Notes under the pieces: model-generated | Databases searched by the model: none | The model's input: the letters and a program-made list of their open reading frames with translations, nothing else | Told to the model about the DNA's origin: nothing | Shown here: piece after piece, positions 29,876 to 38,578 of the stretch | How positions within the stretch are numbered: position 1 is the stretch's first letter | Layout of the letters: each line of letters opens with the position of its first letter | Virus record (IMG/VR): IMGVR_UViG_3300032295_001119 | Location: 1-53,497 of that record | Length of the DNA: 53,497 nucleotides | Strand: one strand, 5' to 3' | Origin: a virus | Lineage: Duplodnaviria; Caudoviricetes | Translations under genes and position numbers: made by a program

Positions 29876-30392
29876 TTGTGATTCCTTTATGATTGTCGAT
29901 TGCTTGTTGCAAAACAATCTCTACCATCTTATTTATAGTGATATCACGCTTGTGTGCTTCCATTGCCAACTTTAGAATTACGTCATCATCCAAATCTACC
30001 GGGACGACAATACGTTTGTCAAACGGGAGGTTATTGAATATTGCATGAGCCTTTTCTAGGAAATCTTCTGCAAGTTCCAATTCAATGTAATTGACACTAT
30101 CCCAAGCTTCAAAAGGCTCGATACCTCTTTCTTTGCATTCATCAATATAACCTTGACGATGATCGGGATTGATCCAACGATAGGGGCCTGGAAGATTGTC
30201 ATCACCATCTTTTTTTGCATCAATATCGGCTATGTAGACAGTTTGTGTCATAGCATCAAACACTAATGATCCATGTGCAAACTCAGATTCAAAATCCAAG
30301 TATCGTGCGTTGAGACCAAATGATTTCCAGCCGTATTCACTACCACCGGAAATTCGATGGCTAAAGCATTCGTTAAATTTACTCAGGTGCAT
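29868..30392 (-). CDS. Hypothetical protein
   Basis: Promoter 30419-30447. Confidence 0.7.
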   Translation of the reverse strand: MHLSKFNECFSHRISGGSEYGWKSFGLNARYLDFESEFAHGSLVFDAMTQTVYIADIDAKKDGDDNLPGPYRWINPDHRQGYIDECKERGIEPFEAWDSVNYIELELAEDFLEKAHAIFNNLPFDKRIVVPVDLDDDVILKLAMEAHKRDITINKMVEIVLQQAIDNHKGITNE

Positions 30393-30470
30393 GATAATTC
30401 CTATATTTTAGATGTTACATTGTACTTCAATATCTATTGAATGTCAATAGAATTGGGAAGGATTGAATGT

Positions 30471-30680
30471 TCATTCTTCAACTCCAAAATGTTTTTGTAT
30501 GTCTGCAATACACCTACGGACTTCCATGTCCTCACGGTTCAAATCACCCATGAACCGTTTTTGTAGAACGGAGATAGTTTCCTTCACAATCAACTCGGCA
30601 AATTTTTCAGGACTAAATCGCAAGTCAAACTGATATTCAACCATTGACTGTTTCATTAATTCTTTAATTCGTTCGTTCAT
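30471..30680 (-). CDS. MNERI-family small protein
   Basis: MNERIKEL...FAELIV. Confidence 0.65.
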   Translation of the reverse strand: MNERIKELMKQSMVEYQFDLRFSPEKFAELIVKETISVLQKRFMGDLNREDMEVRRCIADIQKHFGVEE

Positions 30681-30907
30681 TCTACAAGCCCTACACTTTT
30701 CTTAATTTCGTAGCGGGCAATCTTTTCATCAAAGTACATATGAATACCTTCCATGTAAGGACTTTCTACCACAATCTCACCTATCTCTGTAGCAAGGGCT
30801 TGTGTAAATTTAAGCAAAATAGAGTAAGTATCTTCGGATTGATTCAATGGATCACGATCCAAAATTTCTACTGTACTATCAATTAATTTTTCAATTCGTT
30901 CGTTCAT
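30677..30907 (-). CDS. MNERI-family small protein
   Basis: Tandem paralog-like N-terminus. Confidence 0.6.
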   Translation of the reverse strand: MNERIEKLIDSTVEILDRDPLNQSEDTYSILLKFTQALATEIGEIVVESPYMEGIHMYFDEKIARYEIKKSVGLVE

Positions 30908-31113
30908 ACTAGTTCCTTGTTTGCTTTTTTAGCACGGATTTGTTGAGTCAGTGTAGGTACTTCATACTTAGTATCCCAGCCCCAACCTTTAGCATTGTCC
31001 TCGGGTTCTTTTTCATACAGTTTGTAAGCCTTGCGAGCCATTTGGGCTGTCTTGAATTCAATCTCAGTGACTGAACCATCTTTGTATTCAATGTAAAAGA
31101 ATGCACCTGACAT
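30904..31113 (-). CDS. Hypothetical protein
   Basis: Promoter 31146-31174, GGAG RBS. Confidence 0.65.
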   Translation of the reverse strand: MSGAFFYIEYKDGSVTEIEFKTAQMARKAYKLYEKEPEDNAKGWGWDTKYEVPTLTQQIRAKKANKELV

Positions 31114-31170
31114 GTTTGCTCCGTTGTTTGACTGTCTAAGCCTCTATTATATGCCCAAACCGATTATTTG

Positions 31171-31512
31171 TCAACCTTTGATACCGAATGTATTCAGTGC
31201 AGGTTGCAGGGTGTTAATCAATAGTGTCTCACGCTCATGTGCAGGACGCTTGCCACGCACAACTTCAACAGTACCGAATACAAAACGCTCGGCACCACGC
31301 TCACGCAATGCACAAGACAGACCCCAGTTTTTGTTTTCAGCAAGGGCACGTTGCATGTGCTTTTGCATACGACGGCGTAGTGTGCGAAAAACATTACCTT
31401 TGAAAGACAGTGCGGTCAAACCAATGTAGTACTCAAGTGTTACAACATCTTGGATGTAGTAAATTACTTGGTTACGATCAGTTCTGCGTTTGCGGGTGAT
31501 TTTCGAGTTCAT
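31171..31512 (-). CDS. GIY-YIG-like nuclease domain protein
   Basis: VIY.I......YYIG...R...H...E....LN; leaderless after promoter 31519-31547. Confidence 0.6.
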   Translation of the reverse strand: MNSKITRKRRTDRNQVIYYIQDVVTLEYYIGLTALSFKGNVFRTLRRRMQKHMQRALAENKNWGLSCALRERGAERFVFGTVEVVRGKRPAHERETLLINTLQPALNTFGIKG

Positions 31513-31550
31513 AAGTGTATTATATACCCAAACCCATTTATTGTCAACCT

Positions 31551-31775
31551 TTAGAATGCACGATACAACCCTAGCATACAGATTCCTGCGGAAACTACGT
31601 TGACAACTACCTGAGCATTGTTGCGAACCCTGTAAGCCCATGTAAGGAAAAACAATGTTCCGAAACTGAATGCTATAATATTATAGGGATCCATGTTTCC
31701 CATAGCGTTCAGAGTGTGACCCAAAACGATGAAAAATACCCCTACCCATTGAATGATGTCATTTGTTTTATTCAT
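31551..31775 (-). CDS. Small membrane protein
   Basis: Three TM segments; leaderless after promoter 31782-31810. Confidence 0.7.
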   Translation of the reverse strand: MNKTNDIIQWVGVFFIVLGHTLNAMGNMDPYNIIAFSFGTLFFLTWAYRVRNNAQVVVNVVSAGICMLGLYRAF

Positions 31776-31979
31776 AAATGAATTATACGCCCAAACCCAT
31801 TTATTGTCAACCTTTGGGCATTTCGCTAGGGTTGATACAGTATCCGCTCTGAAATAAAGTATCGGTCCTAGCGTCCCTGACTGTCAAAAATGAGTACTTT
31901 AGTTAGCCAAATTGTAGTACTAAAGTACTAAAAAATTGAGCATTTATTGTCAAGTCTTATCCATCCTATAAATATGTCA

Positions 31980-32876
31980 ATGAATGATACTATAACATGG
32001 GCCGGTGGTGATGGGTTTGCAAAACGAATATTAAGTCCCGATACCAAAGAGTTTCTATCTGAATTAACCGATAATGATTTTGAGCCTAATAGAAATGTCG
32101 ATGCGATATTCTACGACCATTTAAAAAATAGACAAACTAAAACCATAGACTTATTATATAGCGGTGGGTTAGATAGTGAAATAGTATTAATGTCGTGTAT
32201 TAGAAACAAAATACCTGTTAATGCTATTACTCTGATAGTAAAGGTTAAAGGTGCGATATTGAATGTAGTTGATTTATATTACTCTGAAAAGTTTTGCCGT
32301 GAAAACAATATCAAACAACACTTCTTTCATTTAGATGCCGAAGATATATTTCACAATGATGCTTATTTAGATTATCTATTACCATATCACATAACAGAAC
32401 CTCATTTAGCAAGTCATTTTTGGTTACTAGAACGTTGTCATAACTTTCCAGTAATAGGTGGAGATTGGCCTTGGGTCCATGCACATAAAGAACATAAAGT
32501 GTTATCACCTACTAGAATAGATTTTTGCGGGTATGAAAGATATATGGATGACAAAGGTATAACTGGTATTGGTAATATGATAGGTCACAGTTTAGAATCC
32601 TGTTGTTACTTTATTCAAAAGCATATTAACAGTTATGAAATAGGTAATGACAAATTTCATACTGTTCCGTTTTTAAAACACAAAATGTATGATACTACTG
32701 AGCCTAGAATCAAAAGCTATGGTTGGGAAACATGTCCTGAACAATTACTAAACTTAAAAAACTATAGAATAAAATTACTTAGTAAAATAGGACTCATAAA
32801 AAACAAAATCAAGTGGGGTAATAAGATAGGCGATATCTTACAAACTAACACTAATGAGAATTCAAGCTTTACTTAA
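31980..32876 (+). CDS. PP-loop (N-type ATP pyrophosphatase-like) protein
   Basis: LYSGGLDSE; TATAAATA just upstream. Confidence 0.6.
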   Translation: MNDTITWAGGDGFAKRILSPDTKEFLSELTDNDFEPNRNVDAIFYDHLKNRQTKTIDLLYSGGLDSEIVLMSCIRNKIPVNAITLIVKVKGAILNVVDLYYSEKFCRENNIKQHFFHLDAEDIFHNDAYLDYLLPYHITEPHLASHFWLLERCHNFPVIGGDWPWVHAHKEHKVLSPTRIDFCGYERYMDDKGITGIGNMIGHSLESCCYFIQKHINSYEIGNDKFHTVPFLKHKMYDTTEPRIKSYGWETCPEQLLNLKNYRIKLLSKIGLIKNKIKWGNKIGDILQTNTNENSSFT

Positions 32877-33287
32877 AACTTCGTTTAGCATTTGTTTTTC
32901 TTTTTCTGCAACATCTATTTCCCAAGGTAGCTTACTCCATTCTTCTATACTAGGTGTTTTGGGAGCGTGATATACTTTCTTGTTCCACATAAAAGAACCA
33001 TCACGCCTTCCTGATAGTTTACCAGTATATGTTTGATTCAAATGCAGTAACTCATGAATTAATGGCACTATAACTTCTTTTACTGATAATCCATCATGTA
33101 ATCTGATTCTGTTTTTGAATCTATTATCTAGTAACGTTTCTCCGTATATAGAACCAGGTAATGTTCTAAACTCTACTTCTATTTTTTCAGGCAGTTCAAC
33201 TAACGTAGACATAATGCGGAATACATTATCTACGACTAACTCACGGTTTCTATCATATTTGTCACTTGAGTATATAAACTTAATCAT
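32862..33287 (-). CDS. Zincin-like metallopeptidase
   Basis: HELLH..Q, PWE. Confidence 0.65.
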   Translation of the reverse strand: MIKFIYSSDKYDRNRELVVDNVFRIMSTLVELPEKIEVEFRTLPGSIYGETLLDNRFKNRIRLHDGLSVKEVIVPLIHELLHLNQTYTGKLSGRRDGSFMWNKKVYHAPKTPSIEEWSKLPWEIDVAEKEKQMLNEVLSKA

Positions 33288-33303
33288 AGTTATATTTAGC
33301 CAC

Positions 33304-33330
33304 AAAAAAAGGGGCCGAAGCCCCTTTTTT
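33304..33330. terminator. Bidirectional intrinsic terminator
   Basis: A7-GGGGC-CGAA-GCCCC-T6. Confidence 0.8.
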
Positions 33331-33928
33331 AACCTGGTCCATAGACCTCTTCACGGCTTTTCATACCAACAGTGCCGCCTTCTGCTATGATTCGTTTTAC
33401 AACATCCTCAAAGAGAATTGGTCTAAAGTCAGTTTGCTCAACACATACACAATGATACCGAGGATCGATGACCTCATCAAATTGTGTTGTGTTACCCCAA
33501 CGAACTTTTTGTGTGACACGGTGTGCATGAAGATGTCCGTGAATGTTAGTGCCGAACCTACCGAGGTTACTTTCATGCATAGGGATGTGACTGAGGATAC
33601 AACCATTCATCACATGATATGCACGGATATCTCTAAAGTGTTCGGTGTAATCCTCAAGCTTAAAGATATCGTGGTTCCCCTTGATAAGAACTTTATCACC
33701 GTTCAACCGGTGCATGATTTTCAATGCTTTGCGATTGATAACAACATCACCCAAGTGATAAACCTTATCACCGGGTTTTACTGTCTCATTCCAACGCTTG
33801 ACCATCTCCTCATCCATTTCCTCAGGAGTATCCCAAGGGCGTAACTTTGTGACACCATCAGGTCCTGTAAACTTACAAACACCAAGATGTCCAAAGTGCG
33901 TATCACTAGTTAAAAACACACTAGGCAT
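33329..33928 (-). CDS. Metallophosphoesterase
   Basis: SDTHFGH, LGD, GNHD, HGHLH. Confidence 0.9.
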   Translation of the reverse strand: MPSVFLTSDTHFGHLGVCKFTGPDGVTKLRPWDTPEEMDEEMVKRWNETVKPGDKVYHLGDVVINRKALKIMHRLNGDKVLIKGNHDIFKLEDYTEHFRDIRAYHVMNGCILSHIPMHESNLGRFGTNIHGHLHAHRVTQKVRWGNTTQFDEVIDPRYHCVCVEQTDFRPILFEDVVKRIIAEGGTVGMKSREEVYGPG

Positions 33929-33929
33929 A

Positions 33930-34397
33930 TTATTCTCCTATTACTCTAATTTCAGCAAACCCTTCGTCAGTCGTAGGCATAACAAAACCTTCAATCATTG
34001 ACTTCATCACATGATCGGGGATAATCTTGCCTGGACGACTTGACAACCTCTTATCTAACTCAACCTGATCAGGAGTATTGAACACTACAGCAATATGCTC
34101 ATAGTCCGGTAACATGTTAAACTTTCTTCTCCGAGTAATCTCAGTAGTAGATGTTTGGTCCCAGATAATGTCCATACCCTTATCACGTGCTAACTCAACA
34201 TGTTGAGCCATCAACTTCACTGCATGTGGCATATAATCCTGAAAGATTTCAGTGTAGGTCTTTCCTACTCGTTCTGCTTCCATTTCTACCCACATGTCAG
34301 TAGACACAATAGCGCAATCCTTAGCCCAGTCTTGAGACTTTATCCAAGTACTCTTTCCCGAGCCCGGTACTCCTACTAGTTGATAGCACACAGGCAT
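33930..34397 (-). CDS. P-loop kinase, polynucleotide-kinase/AAA_33-like
   Basis: GVPGSGKST, STD, DQT...R, R...R lid. Confidence 0.8.
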   Translation of the reverse strand: MPVCYQLVGVPGSGKSTWIKSQDWAKDCAIVSTDMWVEMEAERVGKTYTEIFQDYMPHAVKLMAQHVELARDKGMDIIWDQTSTTEITRRRKFNMLPDYEHIAVVFNTPDQVELDKRLSSRPGKIIPDHVMKSMIEGFVMPTTDEGFAEIRVIGE

Positions 34398-34615
34398 TAT
34401 ACTCTTTCCTTCTTCACGCGGCCAATGCGACTAGCCTTGTTCCAATCGTATGCAACTCCATCTGGGCACTTGCCATCTACAATCGAATCGACACCGAATC
34501 GACCACAAACTTCAAATCCGTCACCCTTGATAGTAACGAATTCGTTCAACAACTTAGCATGTTCCATTGCGGAATCTAAGTCTAAAAATTCTAAATCATT
34601 TATTTTATACATCAT
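34397..34615 (-). CDS. Hypothetical protein
   Basis: Leaderless after TTGACA-N17-TATAAT (34622-34650). Confidence 0.65.
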   Translation of the reverse strand: MMYKINDLEFLDLDSAMEHAKLLNEFVTIKGDGFEVCGRFGVDSIVDGKCPDGVAYDWNKASRIGRVKKERV

Positions 34616-34658
34616 TTTATTATTATACTACAGTATCCATTTATTGTCAACATATGGT

Positions 34659-34682
34659 AATAGGGGGCCTAAGCCCCCTATT
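34659..34682 (-). terminator. Hairpin terminator after DUF2828 gene
   Basis: AATAGGGGGC-TTAG-GCCCCCTATT. Confidence 0.6.
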
Positions 34683-34696
34683 CCTCGTTTACTGCA

Positions 34697-36112
34697 TTAG
34701 CAGTTGTAACGATAGTTCATGATGGTCTTCATCATCATACCTTCTGGAGTGAACTCAGAAGGATCTGCACCAAGCAGACTTGCCATGATGCTTGGGCTAA
34801 AGCCAGAGACTAAAGCCGCACCAGACTTGTCACTCTTGACCGGAACGTTATCACTTGCGTTTAAGTTCCAGAAGACCACACTAGGCACTTCGTAACCTGC
34901 ATCACGGAACTTACGTTCAATCATCTGCATAGCAGAATCATCGTGATTCACACATGCATTGAATTGCATGTCTGAAAGGATCAACACCATCTTAGGCATG
35001 TCAGATTGAGGAACGTTGTTCTTCACTGCCACAGCCAAGACCTTGTCAAAAGCCTTGTGCAAGTTAGTATCCATAGCCCACTTAGAGGTAATCATTTGAT
35101 TAACCTTCTGAACGATATCACCCTTAAGGGTCAACAGTTCAGGTGTGCCACTGAAAGTCAAGAATGTGTCCTTGAACGCACCCTTGTTCTTGTCAGCTAG
35201 ATACAGACCTAGCGAGACAGCAACATCCAAGCAACTAACGCTTGTGTTCTTACCTGCTGGGCAAGTCATAGAACCACTAACGTCTACCATTGGTAGAATG
35301 TTTGCGTCATTCATATAGTTAGGAAGAGCATCCCACTGTGCAGTCAAGTGATCCAACTCAGTCTTACCTAGAGTTGCACGACCGTACGGGTTGATGATGT
35401 CCTTCAAAACTTCGTGAGGGAACACTGCCGAAGCATTGACCTTAACGGTCTTGTCACCACTCACTAGCTTCTGCACGTATTCAGCGAATGTTACAGAATG
35501 ACGGTTGAACGCCTTCTTGTAGATTCGTGCTGCCTGTGAAGGCACATGCGAGAAGTTGATGTTGTCCCAATCTTGGGCACACATCTGTGTTTCAACTACC
35601 TTAGTAAGAGCAACAAGGCTCTTACGGTATTGCTTCGGAGTCATACCGAAGAACTCGCGGATTTCACGTGCGACTTCACCCTTACGAGGAGTCCACTTTG
35701 CCGCAAGGCCATTCTTTGCACGAAGGGCATCGCCCAACATTGTGTAAGCCTTAGCCTTCAAGTCCGGAGTCTTGAACACTAGCAAGTCGTCATAACGACC
35801 TACTTCTGGCACCTTTGTCATCAAACGTGCCGCCGATTCAGGATCGGTCTTTTCCAAGTGAGTCAAAATGTCACGGAACAATTGACGTTCACCTGCACCA
35901 CCGCGGGCATCACGTGCCCACAATGCGATACGTAGTGCTAGATCCTTATTTTGAACCATAGCCGCAGTAAACTTAGGAACGATGTCCTTGCCACGGCTAG
36001 CACCGATGTTGTAGAACAAGTCCACCAATGCGTTAGCAGTGGACTTACGAGCCTTCATACCGTTTTCAGTACGAGCTTCTTGATTTGCGATTGCGTTTAC
36101 AAATGCGTTCAT
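34697..36112 (-). CDS. DUF2828-type helical + vWA protein (Ro60/TROVE-like architecture)
   Basis: RD.RGG.GER, G..DDL, AKW.PR, MIDAS DVSGSM, SDMQF, VFWNL, SGFS. Confidence 0.8.
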   Translation of the reverse strand: MNAFVNAIANQEARTENGMKARKSTANALVDLFYNIGASRGKDIVPKFTAAMVQNKDLALRIALWARDARGGAGERQLFRDILTHLEKTDPESAARLMTKVPEVGRYDDLLVFKTPDLKAKAYTMLGDALRAKNGLAAKWTPRKGEVAREIREFFGMTPKQYRKSLVALTKVVETQMCAQDWDNINFSHVPSQAARIYKKAFNRHSVTFAEYVQKLVSGDKTVKVNASAVFPHEVLKDIINPYGRATLGKTELDHLTAQWDALPNYMNDANILPMVDVSGSMTCPAGKNTSVSCLDVAVSLGLYLADKNKGAFKDTFLTFSGTPELLTLKGDIVQKVNQMITSKWAMDTNLHKAFDKVLAVAVKNNVPQSDMPKMVLILSDMQFNACVNHDDSAMQMIERKFRDAGYEVPSVVFWNLNASDNVPVKSDKSGAALVSGFSPSIMASLLGADPSEFTPEGMMMKTIMNYRYNC

Positions 36113-36128
36113 TTTCTTTTCCTTTGTC

Positions 36129-36185
36129 AGAATGTGTTTTATTTTCAGATATTGGTTGAAATTTAAAAGTTGCTGTTAACATTCT
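36129..36185 (-). ncRNA. ACAGCAA-family ncRNA A (57 nt)
   Basis: AGAATGT-TAACAGCAA...ACATTCT terminal helix. Confidence 0.6.
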
Positions 36186-36196
36186 ATGTCTCTAGC

Positions 36197-36452
36197 AGGA
36201 TGAGCGTAACTGGTGTTTTTATTTTCTGGTCAGCCTTTCCCCTGTATATCGGTTCAGTTACCTTGACCCTATCAACAATTCATGTTGACTATCTAGTAAT
36301 TGTGTCTGCTACTAGCAACATACAAAGTCTTTCCAATGTGTCGTCTATTCCTTCAATGTCTAGTTTCTTAGAACAGTATTTCTACTGTGTCCTGCAACCA
36401 TCTTCTATAGCAGTTAGTTCAGATTTAATGTTTAATTTGCTGTAATCATCCT
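36197..36452 (-). ncRNA. ACAGCAA-family ncRNA B (256 nt, structured)
   Basis: AGGATGA-TTACAGCAA...TCATCCT; internal hairpins incl. CAGTA-GAAA-TACTG. Confidence 0.7.
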
Positions 36453-36463
36453 AGAATACAAAC

Positions 36464-36629
36464 AGGTTAGTTGTTGACTGCTTTTATTAAACTCAGGCCA
36501 TCACTCTGAGCTTGTTAGTCTTGCTTCAATGAACACCTTCAACGCTACACAGTTTTACCTGCTTTGCTCCAATGATTCACCACAGTGTCTAACGATTCAT
36601 AGTATTATGAATATTGCTGTACCTAACCT
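36464..36629 (-). ncRNA. ACAGCAA-family ncRNA C (166 nt)
   Basis: AGGTTAG-GTACAGCAA...CTAACCT. Confidence 0.7.
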
Positions 36630-36649
36630 TTTAATCATTCAATACATGT

Positions 36650-36678
36650 ATTGTACATGTATTTTGAATTAATATCAA
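36650..36678 (-). promoter_or_regulatory. sigma70 promoter for ncRNA C-B-A + DUF2828 unit
   Basis: TTGATA-N17-TACAAT. Confidence 0.6.
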
Positions 36679-36911
36679 TACTCTTTGGGTATCTTCTTTG
36701 TTGCGATTCGTTTTAAGTAGTCTCTACCGACTAAACCTTTTTCGATTTCTTGTAGCGCGGTCACGGTTGGACCTGCTTTAGTAACGAGTTTTGGGTGATG
36801 GCCTCGTTTTAGTTCTCTGACTCTAGCTGATGCAATCAAAACTAAATCGAATCGATTGCCTACCATGCTAACGGCATCTTCGCTTGTATACCGGGCTCTG
36901 CTTTCTGTCAT
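36675..36911 (-). CDS. rpoZ: RNA polymerase omega subunit
   Basis: AR.T.ED....GNRFDLVL.AS.R.R.L......K....V.AL.EI..G. Confidence 0.88.
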   Translation of the reverse strand: MTESRARYTSEDAVSMVGNRFDLVLIASARVRELKRGHHPKLVTKAGPTVTALQEIEKGLVGRDYLKRIATKKIPKEY

Positions 36912-36936
36912 TATTTTCTTTCAGTTGTTGTTAAAC

Positions 36937-37001
<65 letters not shown>

Positions 37002-37011
<10 letters not shown>

Positions 37012-37145
37012 AATTTTCGTTTCAACATGATGTAGTAGTATTTAATACCACGCCATGTTGGAAACAAATTAATTTCAATGATAGGAGTAACTTCTTTAGC
37101 TATGTGCCCGTAAGCACGATTCAATGTATCTTCGCTCTTACTCAT
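37002..37145 (-). CDS. Small protein between tRNAs
   Basis: AGGAG RBS, MSKSEDTL... Confidence 0.5.
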
Positions 37146-37162
37146 AGTTACTCCTGTGTGTT

Positions 37163-37237
37163 TGGTACCTGGACACGGTTTCGAACCGCGGACCCTCTCC
37201 GTGTAAAGGAGACGCTCTACCCCTGAGCTATCCAGGC
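37163..37237 (-). tRNA. tRNA-Val(TAC)
   Basis: Cloverleaf, CCA. Confidence 0.92.
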
Positions 37238-37249
37238 AATACATTCTAT

Positions 37250-37429
37250 TTAGCCGCCTTGCTCACTGTCTTTAATTTCAGACACTTTAGCAATACGTGC
37301 AAATTCTTCATCCTCTTGAAGATGTTCTTCTTCAATGCGTTTATCTTTTCTAAAAATTCTATCAAAGTTTTCGGCAAACTCATTTTGAGTTACGCTAAAC
37401 GGTCTAGGGTTACTACCTTTTCCACTCAT
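37250..37429 (-). CDS. Small phage protein (59 aa, MSGKGSNPRP)
   Basis: ATGA-coupled; absent from ORF track. Confidence 0.6.
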   Translation of the reverse strand: MSGKGSNPRPFSVTQNEFAENFDRIFRKDKRIEEEHLQEDEEFARIAKVSEIKDSEQGG

Positions 37430-38544
37430 TTGTTAATCCTTGCTTTTACTTTGTCGTGTAAAGAATCGTATGGAAAGTTAAATATCAACTTTCTGTTATA
37501 CTTTCTAATATCAATATCACTATTAGCCAATTTAGTTAGACTATCTAATGGAATTTTCTTTAGTTGTTTGACAACTTTGAGATATTCTCTAAGTCTTTCA
37601 TCGTCATTATATATCGAATCGTAACTATAGTCAATCCATTCTGGGAACCTGAATCCATAATATGTTTTCAAGTGTTCTACAAAACCTACTGCACTAAATG
37701 GCAATATGAAATGACCTTTCAATAAAGGCACGAATGTTTTTTCAGTGAGCGAACATATTTGATTTTGGTGATTGTTGGCACCACCTACTGTTTCAACGTA
37801 TACAGAGACTACACTGTCCTCATAATATTTATTAGCGATAGGAATGAATCCTGCACCGTCATTTGAGTAACATGAAACCAGATGAACTTCTTCTGATTCT
37901 AACAGTATATTTCTTTGAAAGTCACTGAAATAACAATCATCGTCTGATGTGATTTTTCTGAGTTCCATTCTCGCATGTTCTTTGTATTCACCGGTGTTAA
38001 AGCGAACATTATTTGGAACAAGAAATTTTTTAGTAGGAGTTAGTTGTTTGATAGTTTTTAACTCAAACGACTTATTAGTACAAGTCATAGTCCATAACCT
38101 ACTATTCTGTAAATCATAGTCAGCGTAGTTTGAAAAATATGCCTTAGCTACATTGAGGTAGAAATCATAAAATATGTGATTAGGATGGTCATTTCTGTAA
38201 TTGACAGTAACTTGATACACATGGTCAGAAACTTCTTTAAAAGGATTCACATCCATGTCAGTCACTTTAGGACCTTGTGTTTCTGATACATGGGTGTGTA
38301 TCATGACCAATATACACTTATCTTTTGCTACTTCTTTTAAGTACTGTACTTGTTGATCTAATGATGCAGTCATGTAAGTGGGAGCACCAAGCTCAAATGG
38401 AGCTTTGATTATAGGTATCACATCAGCATCACGTATATCATCAACAAATTCCCATTGATTTTGTTCTATATGAAACGGTAAATCGTTATGACGAACAAAC
38501 CCCATGAGTATGTCTGCTGGCGACTTAGTTATAAAAATTTTCAT
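37426..38544 (-). CDS. Glycosyltransferase-like protein (TEKT family paralog 2)
   Basis: VET...LTEKTF.P...H...YGF...IDYSYD. Confidence 0.5.
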   Translation of the reverse strand: MKIFITKSPADILMGFVRHNDLPFHIEQNQWEFVDDIRDADVIPIIKAPFELGAPTYMTASLDQQVQYLKEVAKDKCILVMIHTHVSETQGPKVTDMDVNPFKEVSDHVYQVTVNYRNDHPNHIFYDFYLNVAKAYFSNYADYDLQNSRLWTMTCTNKSFELKTIKQLTPTKKFLVPNNVRFNTGEYKEHARMELRKITSDDDCYFSDFQRNILLESEEVHLVSCYSNDGAGFIPIANKYYEDSVVSVYVETVGGANNHQNQICSLTEKTFVPLLKGHFILPFSAVGFVEHLKTYYGFRFPEWIDYSYDSIYNDDERLREYLKVVKQLKKIPLDSLTKLANSDIDIRKYNRKLIFNFPYDSLHDKVKARINK

Positions 38545-38578
38545 CAGCTATTTATAATACACTGAATAGGTTGTATTC

